Made by a program: the position numbers and the translations under genes. DNA of 63,852 nt, counting the filler, from Choristocarpus tenellus KU-1152 (Eukaryota; Protista; Phaeophyceae), in NCBI GenBank assembly GCA_964200185.2. It is 10 parts of 10 records of this genome, joined end to end, with 100 filler letters (N's around TTAATTAATTAA, not from the genome) between each part and the next. Parts side by side here need not be neighbours in the genome. Positions count along the whole stretch, not along the records: positions 61,124 to 63,852 come from CAXNAD020025251.1; 9 more parts are not named here. One strand, 5' to 3'. The first letter of the stretch is position 1, and the number at the start of each line of letters is the position of its first letter. The notes beneath the pieces were generated by a model, which saw only the letters and a program-made list of their open reading frames with translations, was not told where the DNA came from and did no database searches. Positions 62,404 to 63,852 of the stretch are shown one piece after another.

Positions 62404-63606
62404 ATGTCCCAGCTCCTAGAGCATCACTACCTCAGACCGTACAAGATGAAACTCACAAACGTCACATGCACAGAGATGGTGCGTCCTTTAAGCGAACGTG
62501 GCCCTGCGCGCGTGAGCAAGTCTATAAAGGAGAAAGGCTGGCTGGATCAGTTTGCTCCAAGTGTTGTCATCCAGCGAGACAGTTCAGGTAATGTGGATGA
62601 GCTCAACGCCGAAACTGCGCTTGCCATTGAAGGGCGTGTACTGGACGGAAACCATCGAATAACGGTGCTGAAGAGAGTGTTTGATCCCGAACGCGCTTTC
62701 ACAATGCGGATCTACATGGAGTTCAACCAAGCAGAAGAAAGGCTAATTGCCAACGGTGGGTGATGGACTGTTTTCGTTGTTTCATAATCGCCTGACCGTT
62801 CTGATCAACTAAGCAATAAAGTGAGTTGAGTGTTCTCGTTGATCCATGTTCGCCTGATGACTATTACCATCAAGTAAGCAACAAAGTAAGTTGATAATCA
62901 TGACGTTGTTCCATGATCGCCTAACCATTCTGATCAACTTAGCACCGCAAGTAAGTTGAGTGTTTTTGTTGTTCCATGATCGCCTGAGGACTATTCTGAT
63001 ATACGAAGTTGTTGCCGAGTTTCCTTTGCTAGGTTCATCGTCAGTCAGCCCATTGTGGATCTTTTCATTGCTCGTCTTTTTTTTCCCTCGTGGCATTGAG
63101 TGAAAGTATCTCAGAGGGTAGGAGTTTTCCCATGTTTGTCCATTCGGGACTTGGCTTCGCATGGGCTCTTTTATGACGTTTTCCTACTCCACAATGTTTA
63201 GGAGTAGGTACAGTATGTATGTTATGAAAAGCTGCGTCCGGAACATGGATGTTGTCACTTCCTAACAAACGATAGCCAAAAATTACATAAAAATCGCAAC
63301 ATTGGATTTTGGCCCCAAATGGACGCGGCTCTAGCCTCTAAGATACATTAGCTCATTCCTGTCCACAGCAACATGTTGCTCAGTGCCACAGGCCACATGT
63401 GTCCTGCGACCGCTCCCCAGCTAACCCTTGTCCCGTTCGCTCACTGCACCGCCATGCTTATAGCATTCAACGACGCGACCGAGAGTGTGGTTGAGTGCAC
63501 GTTATACGATAAGATATATTTTCAGCACAAGCTCCAAGAAGCTATCAAGCGACAGACGAAGAAAAAAGAAGTGTCACTAGCAGAGATCCGCATAATGTAC
63601 CAAAAG
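62404..63606 (+). CDS. Spliced ParB/Sulfiredoxin-fold protein; continues beyond the window
   Basis: Exon 62404(?)-62755 RPLSERGPARVSKSIKEKGW..PSVV..VLDGNHRITVLK..EERLIAN, phase-1 GT-AG intron with a CTAAC branch point, exon 63464-63606 AFNDATESVVECTLYDKIYF..YQK|gtgag. Confidence 0.8.
62775..63000. repeat. Intronic ~62-67 bp minisatellite, four units in ABAB order
   Basis: Recurring core gttgttccatgatcgcctga and tcaact.agc...agt.agttga. Confidence 0.8.
63098..63354 (+). mobile_element. MITE family A, full copy in the ParB-like gene intron
   Basis: att|GAGTGAAAGTATCT...AGATACATTAGCTC|att. Confidence 0.9.
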
Positions 63607-63852
63607 GTGAGAGAGTTCTACACATTGGTGGGATGGTCGCGCTCTACTCCTCCTCTAGTTGGGTTACAGCTGTTGCGGATCTCTCTGTGTCCTGCTATTC
63701 AACCTAAGTTGAGATAGTTATCCCGCATTTAGATACCCTGTCAACCAGCGTATTGATTTTCGGGTGACCATGTAGTATGTATGTGTGGTTAACCACAGAC
63801 GTGAAATAAAAAGTGTCCTTGATTATTCTATCAACGATGTTGCCTGAACCCC

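Noticed and set aside
62404-62755. Sulfiredoxin, or bacterial contamination
   Set aside because: It lacks the FxGCHR cysteine, and it has a spliceosomal intron containing a MITE family found elsewhere in this window.
62775-63000. CRISPR-like array
   Set aside because: The inter-repeat segments are homologous to each other rather than unique spacers, there are no cas genes, and it lies in a spliceosomal intron.

Overview
Eukaryotic nuclear DNA, inferred to be from a brown alga or close stramenopile relative (short exons, 0.2-2 kb introns, interstitial TTAGGG, compatible transposon types). The window is ten contigs joined by nine artificial 100-bp spacers (N44-TTAATTAATTAA-N44), so adjacency across spacers is unproven. 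Spliced host genes, mostly partial: a conserved K/E-rich MEDxNTAT-motif protein, the eIF3d 3' half, a GNAT terminal exon, an ankyrin-repeat protein, an SHPRH-like SNF2 3' end, a DTW-domain tRNA modifier and the RPT4/PSMC6 5' half. Mobile DNA: three DD39D-type mariner relics, a CRE-type RLE non-LTR retrotransposon plus fragments, a Gypsy element whose pol is scrambled almost without loss, a Copia relic, several MITE families and a tRNA-Ile-like sequence. The most unusual locus is at the right end (61.1-63.6 kb). It is an intron-containing gene for a ParB/Srx-fold protein, preceded by GATC-rich palindromes, telo-box motifs and 208-bp hairpin repeats. A diverged second copy of that upstream region lies at bases 1-545. 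This suggests a repeated, possibly mobile, ParB-plus-palindrome element family. All assignments come from reading motifs by eye; no searches were run.
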